DNA of 42,209 nucleotides from Psammoneis japonica (GCA_008632985.1 QPGO01000233.1:62001-104209), one strand, 5' to 3'; positions 1 through 12,390 are shown, counted from the first letter of the stretch. Notes: a model not told the origin generated them from the sequence alone. Made by a program: numbers and translations.

Positions 1-1
1 T

Positions 2-1282
2 TGCGGTTGTACCACCACCGAACCGTTTTGTGATATCTGCGAGGACGGTTCGGCTATTGAAGTTGAAACATTGGCCGAGGAAATATTCTTTGGGTTCACT
101 TGTCTAGATCTAGCAGGTTCTGCTTTTGGGAGGGACTCTGATGCGGAGGATTGTCCGGCATATCAGAACACGTTTGGAGTTTATTGCGGTTGCGACAACC
201 CCATTGCTAGTGAAGATGCTTGTCGTGTTTGTGATGTCAATGGTGGCTCGGTTGTGCCGGATCCAAATCGCACCATTCTCATTAATGGATTTCCGGCGGA
301 CTGTGGTGAAATTGAATTTGCTGGAAACGACCCTTTAGATGATTTCACGTGTCAGGAATCCCGTGAGGATGGTGCGGAATGCTGTGACGCTCCACCAGAA
401 ACACCGCCACCGACAACTGAGCCCACGCAAGCACCACCCATCGATACTCCGTCACCTACTATTTCTTCAACCATTGTTACAACTTCGGAGCCGACAGCAA
501 AACCAACCCAAGGCTCCACAATAAGTCCGACGCAGACGTCCACTCAAGAATCCACAGACGGACCTACCGCGGAACCAACACCAAACGAAACAACACAATC
601 GCCCACGTTGGAGCCAACACCCGAAGAAACGGCGCCACCAACGAATGAGCCGTCAGCGAGTCCAACACCAGGAGAAAGATCGCCATCAACCGATGAGCCT
701 ACAGCCGAACCGACAGAACAGACCACATCCAATCCCACACCTTCGCTCAGGCCATCTCGGAGGCCGACAAGAAGACCTACACGAAGGCCAACAAGGAGAC
801 CATGCACTCATAGACCTGCAAAAAAGCCTGTCGGGTGCGGGTATCACCGACAGCCTGTCTATTGGGGGAACAGAGTATATTGGTATAAATGGGTTTATTC
901 TTGCCCGGGATATGGAAAAGGCCGAGGCCGAGGTAAAGGTAGAGGGAAGGGCAGAGGAAATGGTTGGAGCTGGACAAACCATGGTAGAGGAAAGGGCAGA
1001 GGCCATGGATATGGCAATGGTTGGGCACATAGTTGGAGCTGGAGAACAAGCAGTCACCATAGTTGGAACAAGGGTAAGGGACATAATCGACAGCCATCTA
1101 CGAATAACAAGCATGGTACGTGGAATAATTATCGCTGGAGGGGTGGTCATCAAGCGAACCATGGATCTTTACGGCAGCAAAAACAACCGTCAAAGCCCAT
1201 CAAGAGCAACTACTACAACGACCGCATGAACTACTGGAGAAATTACAAGAACCATGATAAAAAAGGACATCACTCTTGGTGA
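2..1282 (+). CDS. Secreted/cell-wall-type protein, 5'-truncated by the window: Cys-rich repeats, Pro/Thr/Ser stalk, basic Gly/Trp/His/Tyr-rich tail
   Basis: Frame is open from base 2 (CGCTTTEPFCDICEDG...) into ORF 71..1282. Repeated CxxC..G...C...CGC units, then PT/SPT repeats, RPTRRPTRRP, GKGRGRGKG and a W/H/Y-rich C-terminus. Confidence 0.8.
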   Translation, partial: CGCTTTEPFCDICEDGSAIEVETLAEEIFFGFTCLDLAGSAFGRDSDAEDCPAYQNTFGVYCGCDNPIASEDACRVCDVNGGSVVPDPNRTILINGFPADCGEIEFAGNDPLDDFTCQESREDGAECCDAPPETPPPTTEPTQAPPIDTPSPTISSTIVTTSEPTAKPTQGSTISPTQTSTQESTDGPTAEPTPNETTQSPTLEPTPEETAPPTNEPSASPTPGERSPSTDEPTAEPTEQTTSNPTPSLRPSRRPTRRPTRRPTRRPCTHRPAKKPVGCGYHRQPVYWGNRVYWYKWVYSCPGYGKGRGRGKGRGKGRGNGWSWTNHGRGKGRGHGYGNGWAHSWSWRTSSHHSWNKGKGHNRQPSTNNKHGTWNNYRWRGGHQANHGSLRQQKQPSKPIKSNYYNDRMNYWRNYKNHDKKGHHSW

Positions 1283-2079
1283 TCAATAGAAGGTTGATTC
1301 CATGCACACCTGACGTACACGCGGAAACTTGGATTTTGTTCGAGTATAGTATTCCAAACTTCAGTGCCTGCCTTAATCCGACAAAAGAACGTTCACCGAA
1401 GGCAGCGGAATCATCACAGAAAGTGCCGCTGGCTCTAGGACAAGGTCCGCTTGTCGCTTGTTGATCCATCTATTGCAGTACTCTGGTTTCGGTAGGGGGT
1501 TGATCAGAATTGCAAGCCACGACGGTGAGAAGAACTTTCTAATGAGTGTGCAGAGCTATAACTTTACATTACATGTTTCTACCAAGTCAGGCGTTTTTCG
1601 AACGGCTGCCTGATCCAGCGAGTTGAAGCGATCAGGGCAACACCTTGACGATGACGCCTAAAGGGGGAGCAAGCAGCGAGACGTTGACTTTTAGTGTACG
1701 GTACGAACGGTATTATAAACTAATCGGACCTAGTTTATCGATTTACGTAACATCAGTGTGGAGATGAACGCGACATGATGTGTAGATGAATTAGATATTA
1801 TTGAAAGAAATGGCAGACCAACCACACCACAGTCATTTTTCTGATGTATCACATGGACTTGAATGTTATGGCATGAATCAACAGTTAGTTGTAAAGACAC
1901 CAGCACCGACCTTTTACAACTTTGACGCACCCACCCTCAGATCCCGAGAGGGGAGGGCATCTGTCGGCACACTGTCTCGCGAGTAATACCAGAGAAGACG
2001 AGCTTGGGTGATGCATTGAAGCAAGCAATGATGTCAAGAGCACAAGTAAGATCTTACTTGCTGTGGGGTCGCACAGTTA

Positions 2080-4150
2080 GTGTGCTGTCCAGGAGCGTCT
2101 TCGACAACGACCCGGGGCACTGCGCGTGGTGAGAAGACAAAGTCAGAGGTGTGGACAAAAAGCTGTGGAATCAAAACAAGGTTCACAGGTGCAGCACCTG
2201 CTTTGTCCGCAGGAAACCACTTCCAAAGAAGTCCCAGCTCGCGTCTGTGACCGCCTCGGACATTTGCTGAATTGCACATGGGCAGAATCAAAGCGGAAGT
2301 TGCTAGAAAGCTGTTCTTCATGTTTGTTGTTTGACTTGAGAGTGCAAAGCATTGAACTGAATGAGGTTGTGTGCTTGATCTTGCAAAAAGGGTTCGGGGT
2401 TCGGGTCGCATTGCTGTGCATTGGCGGCGCAGCCTGCCACAGCACAGTGCACATGGCAGATGTGTGTCTCAAAATGCGGGATTGCGTCATGGCCGGATGA
2501 TGAGCTGCGCTCCATCGGATTGATTCAATGAAACTCTTGCTGTGCTGCAGACTGCTCTTTTGTGAACGATTGAGTCATCATTCTAAAGAGTGATTGTGAA
2601 AAGGTGCAACACCAGGTGTTGAGAACGAAACAGGTCTTGTTTTGCCCTGAGTGGCTCTCGTCTCATGGGCCACATGCTTGCAAGAACGGCGCGCTCAAAA
2701 CTCATTTTTGACAGAGTCGTGCCTTGCGGCACCGCGATCACCCGAAACTTCCTGATTGAACAGCAGAGCATGTGTCAGATGTTCTCGCCTTCTTCCTGGA
2801 TCAATGTCTTGGCATGGTCTCAATCACAACGGCAGACACTTCACTGCTGTCTCTCACCTGCCCCTGCAGTCTGTTCTCTCAAAGTTTGTCTGAGTTCACG
2901 ATGGCAGCATTTCGAGTTCACAAAAAGGCACAACACACCTTTCCTTTGCAGATTCGGGAGGACTCCAGGTGTTCTCGTTGGCACATGGGTGTGTTCAAGA
3001 GGAATGCACCAAGCACACTTAGACAAACCTTTCCATTCTTGTGCAAGTTGGGGCCAAACCTGACGATGCCTCCGCCGGTCGTTTGCAGCAGCACCACACG
3101 AGGTGAGTGGTGAGGGCAGTCATTGTTGACACAACTCTCTCAACTGTGGCTTAAAAAACACTGTGCAAGGTGACTTGACAAGAGCTTTTCCTTGTCATGC
3201 AAGAGCTCCATTTTTTGAACTGTGTGCTTTGTGTTTCGAATCTTTTGCCAACCATTCAAAGCCAATCTCTTTCAGTTTCTCAATCCAACATTGACCCATT
3301 TCACAGTTTCCCCGCTTCATCTGAGAGTGTCTTCTCCTCTGATTTGATGCCCACATGCCTGGAGAAGGGTCAGACTCGCAATGACAAGGAACACTGCAGT
3401 GTCCAACACTTCTTCCATGCTCTGCTGGTCTCTCCCACTGCGCTCGCCACTTTGCTTGCTGTTTTCCGGTCTTTTGTCTCTCCTTTTGAATGCAACCAGT
3501 GATTCCAAGATTTTTCAAAAGCTCTTGGCACCTGGGGTCGAGCTGGCTGGTCTTCATAAAGCTCCTTTGTCTTGACAACCAACCGGAAAGGGAAGCGCTT
3601 TCTCCGGCTTTGACAGCAACATTGCCCTGTTTGGTGTGTGGGTCCTTCAATTGCTTGTGCTTGCTTTCCCATGCCTTGTTGTCTTGTTCTTGGTGGCAAG
3701 GCACTTCTTTGTAGTTGGTGCTTTTCAACTGCTCCAACTGTTCCTTTCGAAGCATTTTGTGGTGGTGACGTTGACACGCAAGCCATCATTGAGACAAATG
3801 AGCACATTCTGGATCGTTTGGAAGCGACAAATGCCCATTCTCCACATAAAAGTCCTTGAGCTTCTGAAAGTCACTCGACCATGCTTCATTCCTTGATGGG
3901 TTGACTTTCATCAAGGAAGAAGTCGTCATGGTCGAGGCCCTTCGTGAGTCCTTGTCACGCTTTCTTCTCGAATCGTGTGATTGTGTGCACTGCTGTAAGG
4001 GCTGAGATGAGCGCGCGGATGAAGGAAGTGGTCAGTCCCGCACACTCATGACTCAGTACTTTCCTGCGGTGAAAATTGCGCAGAGATCCGGTGACAAAAA
4101 CGGTCCGATGACTTCCGCCAACAATGACATTGACTGCATGCGATGTGCAT
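2080..4150. other. TpA-depleted domain 1
   Basis: TA is nearly absent and CA/TG abundant. CpG is still fairly common. Normal TA frequency on both sides. Confidence 0.9.
3195..3890 (-). pseudogene. Helicase-associated (HA) repeat protein, decayed
   Basis: Three HA-like repeats: W..DFQKLKDFYVENGHLSLP...*WLACQR, WESKHKQLK...GNVAV...LSGWLSRQR, and W...GHCSVP...GMWASNQR...IEKLKEIGFEW. In-frame TGA near 3790. His/Cys occupy positions where Tyr is expected. Confidence 0.8.
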
Positions 4151-4452
4151 TCTATGTTCTTTAGCATGTGAATGAACCACTTTAAGCGTTGGATGCAGTT
4201 ACTTTGATGAACTTCGCCAAAGTGGCGCTTAGCACTGCTTTACGTACAAAGCTAGTCTCCCTTTGTATGTAGGGTATGGGATTTGTCTCCGTGTGTTAGA
4301 CCAACTACAGGTCGATATGATAATTACTCGTTTTCATTGAACGAGAACTATAGAGCATTTGCTTTTGTCTTTTTTTTTATTCTTTAATGTTATCCGGGAC
4401 CAGTGAAGGGATACGAGGTATCTTGATTGTTGGAGTTGGAGAATGGAACTTT

Positions 4453-5311
4453 TTATCGTTGGTGGTTGGTATAGCCGGATCGATCATAGGTGACACCGTA
4501 ATCCATAAACAATTCCTCTCCCTCGTACACATCTCGACACAGCGAAAAGACCACTTTTCTGTTTGCTGTATCTTCATCTGTCACGACATTGACACTCGAG
4601 CCAGGCGGTGGCTCATTGATGCGACAAAGCGTCGTTGGTACTTGGACAAATTTTCCCACTAAATGTTCCATGAGCCACGTCGATCCAAAGGAGGATGGGT
4701 TCCCACCTCTGGTCATGGGTTCAATCTCTCCTTTGGAATTGGTTGGATCAATCACCATGGCATTATCCGAGAATCTCCACACATAAGCCTCACAAGCCGG
4801 ATATTCTTTCAATTTTCTTAGATTCTGTTCCAACGGCAACACTACTCCAGGATATGTTCCCAAAACCGTGTCTTTTTCACACAAAAATCAGTGTGAGATT
4901 GGCAACGAAAATGACTAAGCGACAACCACACGGAGATTCGTTTCAATACACACCCTTTGCCATGTTTGCTGTACAATACAAACCGAGCCCCGCACCCTTG
5001 ACTTGGCTCTGGGCAACTCGTAAACAGTCGACATTGACTTGTCCCCGCGGTCGATCCAAGCCAACCACAAGTCCAACATAGGTGAGCGAGGCAGAAGCCG
5101 CTCGAGCAAGCCACAGCGATGCGCCGCTCGATGCAAAGGCAATGAGCGGTGGTGGTGGCGGTGACAATGCATCACACGATGGATAATAATTATTGGAAAA
5201 GGCGAGAATCAAAAAGAAGGCAAGTGATGAGCAGATCTGCCTGCGTTGTCTTTGTTTACGCGCATAAGAATTTCTCTTTCGAGAATATCGACAAAGAAAA
5301 GATTTGTTCAT
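4453..5311 (-). CDS. SET-domain protein (2 exons; intron 4872-4953)
   Basis: S.VKGAGLGLY..., LCRINEP, RDVYEGEELFMDYG motifs. An 82-nt GT..AG intron joins MAK|DTVLGTYPG in frame. ATG at 5311. Confidence 0.85.
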
Positions 5312-5977
5312 GTTTCCTCCAGTACTGTAAGAAATCAATCTCACAATCAGCTTTGTTGTGGTTGGTGTATTCTTTTTCGGTCGCCTCGCCTCATCGTCCC
5401 GTCATGGCTGGATGTTTTTCATTGTTGTATGTTGGATGTGGCGACGGTCAGCCGTCAGTCTTGGCTCGTGCGATCTTGCTTGGCGCCAAATTTTCTGTAC
5501 AATAATACCAGAGAGCCTGTATGTAGAATCTTACATAGAACTTATACTGATTCATGCGTTGGATTCCACAAATTTTGTGAGTTGGCGCGCCGTGGTACGA
5601 TTGTACATACACGGACATTATGACTTCTCGAATATATTCAAATTATTCAAGTCATATACATTTTAGTTTAAGTCATTTTGTCTAAATGTTGAAATGACCA
5701 TTTGTGACGTTTGTACAAGAACAACGTAGATTCCTACGCCATTTAGTCTGAAAGACCCACGCAACGCTCAACTCCCGCGAAATTTCGAGTTTGAGGGGAA
5801 CCAAAACACACGATTCTTGTTCATTCATATGTTCTCAAAAAGGTGAAGTCGAGTGTGCTGACCACCCTGCAGGGAATAGAAAAGAACACAAGGCACCCCG
5901 TCTTTGGCTGATTTGATCTTGGTGTCGAGCGAGAACGACAAAGCCGAAAAGAACAAACAAGATATACATCATCAATC

Positions 5978-8446
5978 ATGATGGCGCGTTTGACAATAAT
6001 GCCATCGGTCCTCTTGTCACTCATTGGCACAGTCTCGGCTGCCTTTACGCCGTATGGCTACCAATCGGGAAAGGATATTGGGAGCTCCTTTGCGGGCGGG
6101 ATGGTCTATGACAAGCAGAATCATCTTCTCTTTGTAACGGGTCAAACCTACGGTGAATTCTTCTTGGGAAACGACATTGGTCTCGTCCCCAATCCCATTG
6201 CATCCAATTGTTTCTTGGGAATCGCCAAGTTGCCGTCGGAAACCAATACAAGATTTGAGTGGCTGTACACTCGTGAGATGGGAAACGCGTCCGTGGCGGA
6301 AGCCTGCACATCGTTGATTCATTATCCCGCGCCGCAGAACAAGCTCTATGCCATTGGCCATTCCGAAGAGGGAGGTACCGTGACTAGGATTCGTCCCGCG
6401 GGTTCCTCCAAATCGAAAGTCTATGGTGTCATGGCGGACTTTGATGTCATGGTTAGTGGTTCTGGAGATGATCAAACGGCATCATTGAAACTCAACGGTG
6501 GTCGCTTGTTGCATCCCGAACCTGGTGCTCATTATCCCATGGCTGTATCCAGCGAATGGGATCGGCGCGGGTTTTACATGGCTGCTATGAGTGCTAGGAA
6601 TTCCTATCCCTCTCTTCAAGAATTACCTGAGAGTCAGTCAAGGCCGGATTTGACCAAGGGTGGTTGGAGAAAGTACGGGAGAGGCTATGAGTTGATTTTG
6701 CAGTATCTCAGTCCTCTCGAGACACCCATTACGTCCGACAAGGTGGACTTGAATGAAACTCTCAAGGGCGAACGCATCTTGACGACGGGTGCGACGGACA
6801 GTGACGGGAAAATTGTCGATGTACACATTACATCGGTTCAAACCATGAGTCCAACGTCGTTGCTGATCGCCGGATCGACATCTGGATTCGGGAATGCCTT
6901 TGAAGAAAAAGGATCGGAGAATGGTGATACCGACGGCTTTGTCACCAAGGTGAATCCATCCATAAGAAAGGTCGAAAAGGCGGTCCGAATTGGCTCTGGT
7001 GAAGATGATTACATCAATGCCATTTGTCACCATGAGGACAGCGTCTTTGTGGTTGGTACGACCTACGGTATGCTCCGCCAAGAAGATCGGGAGAGCATTG
7101 GAGCCGAGGCCTTTATTGTCAAGTTGGATGCCGAAACGATGGACATCATTTGGATTCGGCAGTTTGCAGCTGTGGCGGGGCCCAACTCTTTTGAAGATCC
7201 CGAGTATGAAGAGGAGTATGACGCTCATGCAATTGCATGCGCCGTGACACCCGATGGCGATACCGTGTATGTTGCTGGCAATGTGGATGAAGGCGCGTTG
7301 CTTGTGGAGAATGAAGACGACGATCCTAAAACATCCTCGTTGGGAGGCGATGACATTTTCTTGATTCAGCTTACTGCGAAAAATGGGGAAGTCAACTACA
7401 TTGTTCAAGAGGGTACCTCCAAACATGATCGCATGGCCCATGGCGGTGGGTTGGTTGTCGACAATGATGGCAATGCCATTGTCATGGGAAGTACCAATGG
7501 TGCTTTCATTCGGAACAAGGATGTCGATGACGAGCACTTTACAGATGTCTTCTTTTTGGTCTTTGACAAGAGTACAGGTCAGCATCAGACATCGATTGAA
7601 CGTGAAAAGGCCATGAATGGCGGAATCATTCCTCCCAAGGGTAACCCGCCACCAGCAGAGTTTGTTGACCCCGGGGACGATGACTATGATGATGACGATG
7701 ACGACGATAACTCACAGTTCTACGATGATGATGACGACGACGACGCTGGCGACGCCCCTGAAAACTTGGAGAAGAGTGGTGAAGGTGGAGGTGGTGTTTC
7801 AGGATTTGTCATTTTTCTCTGTCTTCTGGTTGGTTTGGCAGTTGTCGTCTGCGGGACATTTATGGCTCTTCGGTCAAGAAAAGAAATACACAGGAAACTT
7901 CAGAACAGTCCCACGGTCGATCCTGTATCACCTTATCTTGTTAATTTCAACTACGGCGACGTTGATATGAAGCACTCCGCCACCGGTGGCTACCACGGTG
8001 TTTACACGGATCCAAAGTTTAGTCAAGGAGTCGACACGAGTCCAAAGGCACGCACTCAGACGACAGAGTTGGAAGAGATCAAATTTGACGTTGGCGCCAC
8101 TGGCGGTGGAGCAATCTCTTCCTCAACATTCAATTCGTCCATTGTTATGAATTCACTCTTTATGGATGACTTGGACGAACCTCAACTAGGCTCTACGGCC
8201 TCTGGCGACACCCGACGCCTAGCCACCATGAATGAAGACGACGAAGCTGAAGCAAACCATAGTGCTTCGCAACGGCAACTCAGTACCTACGATGACTTGC
8301 TTGATGCGTACAATACCACTTGGGACGATCTCAATCCCCATAAACTCCCTAGCAGTGGCTTGTCTGCATCAGGGAGCAGTCGGAAGAAGGAGTCGGAATC
8401 CTTATTGTCTAATGACAACGATCCTTGGGGCCAGGAAATCATATAG
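5978..8446 (+). CDS. Type I membrane protein: signal peptide, beta-propeller (SBBP-like) ectodomain, poly-Asp linker, one TM helix, acidic cytoplasmic tail
   Basis: Intact 822-aa ORF with a hydrophobic N-terminus, repeats such as VFVVGTT.G, D.F..KL...G...W.RQ and VYVAG, a DDDDYDDDDDDD tract and TM FVIFLCLLVGLAVVVCGTFMAL. Confidence 0.88.
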   Translation: MMARLTIMPSVLLSLIGTVSAAFTPYGYQSGKDIGSSFAGGMVYDKQNHLLFVTGQTYGEFFLGNDIGLVPNPIASNCFLGIAKLPSETNTRFEWLYTREMGNASVAEACTSLIHYPAPQNKLYAIGHSEEGGTVTRIRPAGSSKSKVYGVMADFDVMVSGSGDDQTASLKLNGGRLLHPEPGAHYPMAVSSEWDRRGFYMAAMSARNSYPSLQELPESQSRPDLTKGGWRKYGRGYELILQYLSPLETPITSDKVDLNETLKGERILTTGATDSDGKIVDVHITSVQTMSPTSLLIAGSTSGFGNAFEEKGSENGDTDGFVTKVNPSIRKVEKAVRIGSGEDDYINAICHHEDSVFVVGTTYGMLRQEDRESIGAEAFIVKLDAETMDIIWIRQFAAVAGPNSFEDPEYEEEYDAHAIACAVTPDGDTVYVAGNVDEGALLVENEDDDPKTSSLGGDDIFLIQLTAKNGEVNYIVQEGTSKHDRMAHGGGLVVDNDGNAIVMGSTNGAFIRNKDVDDEHFTDVFFLVFDKSTGQHQTSIEREKAMNGGIIPPKGNPPPAEFVDPGDDDYDDDDDDDNSQFYDDDDDDDAGDAPENLEKSGEGGGGVSGFVIFLCLLVGLAVVVCGTFMALRSRKEIHRKLQNSPTVDPVSPYLVNFNYGDVDMKHSATGGYHGVYTDPKFSQGVDTSPKARTQTTELEEIKFDVGATGGGAISSSTFNSSIVMNSLFMDDLDEPQLGSTASGDTRRLATMNEDDEAEANHSASQRQLSTYDDLLDAYNTTWDDLNPHKLPSSGLSASGSSRKKESESLLSNDNDPWGQEII

Positions 8447-8794
8447 TAGGGAAATGCTCTGATTGAGGCGTAGAATAGACGAATGAAGAACCTTTGGGCC
8501 TTGTTCGTTTAACGGTCGGCGTGGCCAGAGACTCACCTTGTTATCGATGTGTTACACGTTCTCCATTAGCAACTGTAGGCCGGCGCTTCTTTTGTCGATT
8601 CGACAGCTATTTTAGCTGATTGAGTTCTTGTGCCATAATCTACGTACTGTAGGCATATCTAGAGTGGGATTTTTAGTAATTGTTTATGATAATAATGCAT
8701 TTATTCATAGGGACACTTTCGTTTACGCTGCTGTCGTCGTATGAAACATGAAACTGAGCTTGAGGCTTTCCTGATTTTGTAGTTACGCGTGAAA

Positions 8795-9418
8795 CTATGC
8801 AATATCAAGGTCGCGTTGAAGTAACAGAGGCGAGCTTCCACGTAAGTTCTCGATGTCGTTCAAGCCAAAGATCAAAGAAACTGAATTCGGTGAACTCCGA
8901 TGGTCCAAGGTAGCAACGCGAGGCCTTTCAATATTCTGCGGGGATCCAAGCAAACGACATGGTCTTGGCTTCAATCTGATGATCTTCGGAGGAGGCAATG
9001 GTCTTGCCTCGGGTCTTGGTGATGAGTTGAATCTTTCACGTTGCTGAATGCTCTCTTGTTCGAAGAACTGCATTGTGCTGACGGATATAGAGAAAGATTC
9101 TATGCTATCCTCCCTTTCGAAACGACCTTGTCGTAGATCAGCTCCTCTGCAAGGAGGACTTGGGTAGTATCTCGACTGCTCAGCTCTTTTACTCTGCTCA
9201 ATTTCTTGTGGTGTAATAAGAACGAAGTCGCGCCTTTTTGTCTTCTTCGTTCGGACCAACGGATCTTCATTTCGGTTCAACAAAGAGTCGGCGCGATTTG
9301 GGGTGTGTTCTTCCATTCTACTAGGGATCACAAGCTGCGGGTAAGGGTGCGGCTGAAAACTGCCACCGATGTCCATGGCTTCTGTGAGAGCGTGATTTGT
9401 GTGTTCTTCGTTGCACAA
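8795..9418 (-). CDS. Hypothetical protein (DFVLITP.E / IRLKPRP motifs)
   Basis: 207-aa ORF with normal composition. Its motifs are shared with the neighbouring paralog at 10195-10872, which supports real coding. Confidence 0.65.
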   Translation of the reverse strand: MCNEEHTNHALTEAMDIGGSFQPHPYPQLVIPSRMEEHTPNRADSLLNRNEDPLVRTKKTKRRDFVLITPQEIEQSKRAEQSRYYPSPPCRGADLRQGRFEREDSIESFSISVSTMQFFEQESIQQRERFNSSPRPEARPLPPPKIIRLKPRPCRLLGSPQNIERPRVATLDHRSSPNSVSLIFGLNDIENLRGSSPLLLQRDLDIA

Positions 9419-10194
9419 GTTCGTTCAAGATTTATGCTGATTGAATTATGCCAATGTTAAGTATCGCGGATTCTGTTCGGATTCAGAATCTTTTTTCGCG
9501 CCAATGACTTTGACACGTAATCACTGGATGTCATTGAAGGGAAATTTGGAACTGCGAATGAGCTTTGAAGCGTGTAACGCCCGTCCTTAAATGAAAATAT
9601 CGGTTGAAACGCAAGTGGAACTTCATAGAATTCACTCCGATGTGGTACATACCTTACGCAGTTCTACGTAAATTCGAAAATTTGGGGAAAGCATGATGTC
9701 AGCTGGGGTCACAGCAAATACAAAACGCCGCGGTCGCGACGGAAGAAAACTTCATGACGAAGCCTGGGAGGCTTTGAGTGACCTTTCAAAGCGGATTTCG
9801 ACTCTTCCTTTCGATGCAATTTGTTAGTCGTCAAACGTGGATGAGAGGATCCATCCTGGTGGAGCTCGACGTGTCATGACATTCTGGATTTCAAATGCAT
9901 TGCTTGAAACAAGTTGAGTCCTGCGCGCGCACCCATGCAGCAGCGGAACAGTCTGATTGGAAATGCTTCGCAAATTCCTGGGATGACAAAATCATCACAA
10001 TCTTTGCTTTCTTCAATGAGCTTCCTGACCATGCAGGAGAAGCGGCATGTGTGTGTCATAAAATGGTGGACGGAGTGGTCAATTCCGTCGCCACTCTGAA
10101 TGAGCTCGCTGTCCATGCCTTCATGGCAGGCACCACAGAGGGAAAAACAAGATGTGAGAGAATTGTTTGTGCACGCTTGTGAAAAATGAAATGG

Positions 10195-10872
10195 TCAAGC
10201 TGCACTCAAGAGCCACGCGTCAAACTCCGATGTGACAATGCAGTCGTCATGAAGTGTTGTTGCAGGGCTTTCCCCACATTCGGGAAGATCAGACACCGAA
10301 GCAACTGCGCGAGGAGAAAGCAGATGGTCGCTCACACTTTCTCTACATGAGGTCACATTTCGAAACCTTTCAGCATTCAGCTGAGCTCCAAATGGATGAC
10401 AGGGTCTTGGCTTCAGTCTCACAAGCTTCAAAGCAGAGGGCTCCACTCCTTGTTTTGCTGACAATTTAAAACTCTTGGGATGGTCAATTTTCTGCCCTTG
10501 TTCGTTGAAGTTTGTGTTGGTGGCCAGCAAGGAAAATGTTTCTGTTCTCTTCCCTCTTTCGAGGTGACCTTGTCCTGCATGCAGATCAGAGCATAAAATG
10601 AAGACTGCAGTGGGACAGTCTCCAGAAAGATGCTTGGCTCTTCTGCTCCCCTCAAGTTCCAGAGGTGAAACAAGAACGAAGTCATGATGAACCTTGCTTT
10701 TCTTTGCAATCTTTTGCACTGGGGCCATGGAATCTTCAACATGATTTGGCAAAAACTCTGGATGGGGATCTTTGAAGTCTGCCATGACTTTCAGGTGGGA
10801 ATGCACGCCAAGTTTGATTTTCATTGTTTCGCACAAGCAAGGAGAAAATGGCTGTTGCCGGTCCTTTCTCAT
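10195..10872 (-). pseudogene. Tyr-free, probably hypermutated paralog of 8795-9418
   Basis: DFVLVSPLELEGSRRA vs DFVLITPQEIEQSKRA; KLVRLKPRPC vs KIIRLKPRPC. No Tyr in 225 aa. Lies within TpA-depleted DNA. Confidence 0.65.
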
Positions 10873-11356
10873 TTCTGTGTTGCTCAGATTGTGAGGGCAA
10901 ATTCACACAACACTCTGCCATGCAACCATTGTGCAGTTCAAGCTCAGCCCGGTCAGCGGTTTTCTTCTGCATGACTGACTTGCTTCGGATCATGTCCACG
11001 AGTGTCTTGGCAAGACAGACAGCACATGCTGAAATGTGCTGACAAACACCGGTGAAAAATGGCGGGAAATTTTTGGGTGTCAGGCCCTTGTGACGGATGT
11101 GACAAATGGCTGTGGATCTTCCTTGGCATCATCTGTGTCACAGTGAATGCCAAATGAATCACCACAAAGAAAAGTGCATCAGCCAATTGTCTCAAATCTT
11201 TTCTGACGCATGTCTGGGATGTGTGCAAGTTCTGCGCTGCTGCATGTGCCATTGGCAAAAACTGCGCTTTTGTCTGCCAAGACCTGCAAGATTGCAACAG
11301 ACCTTGGGTCTCTTTGGCAGCCCTGTGCTGCTGTGAGGAGTTGGAGAAGGTGATCA

Positions 11357-12390
11357 AAGCGTTTGTGAAACAGGTGCTGCTCTGGGTGTGGCCCCACTGG
11401 CCTGGAGTCTAGGCTGGTGAAACTGGAGCGACCAGAAATTGGGCTCCAGTGCAGGAGCAAAGTCTCTCACCTCAACACAAACAGCGGTGCAGTGCTTGGA
11501 GGCAAGATTGCTGCCGCAAATCTAAAACTCAAAGGAGGTCAAGGAAAGCAACCTGAAGAAGCTGCAATGGATCCGGTCCTCAGCAGAGAGAACACACCAC
11601 CTCTGCTGGAGACTTGCCAACTCTACATGCACGGTTTCCTTTGACAGTCCATTGCCACCACCTGTGCAATCCTTTCCTGATTTGTGAAATGGCTCAGTTT
11701 GTGTGGCACAAAACAGTGTGAGGTGTTGCAGCAGTGCAACAACCTGTTGCTGTGACAAGTCACAAGTCAGCCCTTCTCTTCATTTGTTCGTGGACATTGT
11801 CAATGAATTTCTGTGGTGGCTTTGTGCAGTGCTTTTGATGCAGTGTGTGCATCCCTGCGGCCAGTTGCAACTCGAATCACCCGTGCAGGTGATTCCCATT
11901 GCTTTGTTGCACAGACAACAAAAGGCCAATCCTTGCCATCGTTGCAGCACAACGGGTTTGTTCTTGATGTCTTCGTTGTCAGAATCAGAAGCAATGTTGA
12001 GGCAGTCTGTCACCATTTTTCTTTCCAGTCTTTGCTGACCTGTGCATTCTTGGCTGATCCCAGTCCCTCGTCTTCCCAGTGATCAACTGCAATTCATCCA
12101 TCAATGCTGCTGGGGTCAGATTTCTTGTTGAACACAAAGGCCATGCTTGCAGGTTGACTGTGAATGGGAGTTGGCACCCAAGCATTTGCAAGCACAATGA
12201 GAAGACGAAGGCTGACAATCACTTTCCACAAGAGCGACTCTTGACTCGGTGGCAGAATTGACACAACTTTGTTCATCAGTTTCTTTTGTTTTTTTTGAAG
12301 TCTTTGCTGCGAAGCAGTGGGACAATGTGTGCGCGGCAGAGCCAATGGATGTGGATCTTGTTGATTGTCACTTTGGAAGGATGCAAGTGC
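11357..12390 (+). repeat. About 1-kb direct duplicate of 18914-19948, TpA/CpG-mutated copy (includes a pseudogene of 19320-19841)
   Basis: Co-linear match, e.g. tgtgacaagtcacaagtcag at 11751 and 19311. Protein MVTDCLNIASD / NWPQGCTHCI here vs MVIDYLNIASD / NWPQGYAHYI in the other copy. Confidence 0.95.

Noticed and set aside
6638..7585. 315-aa antisense ORF within the beta-propeller gene
   Set aside because: Typical shadow frame of a real gene on the opposite strand; no domain features.
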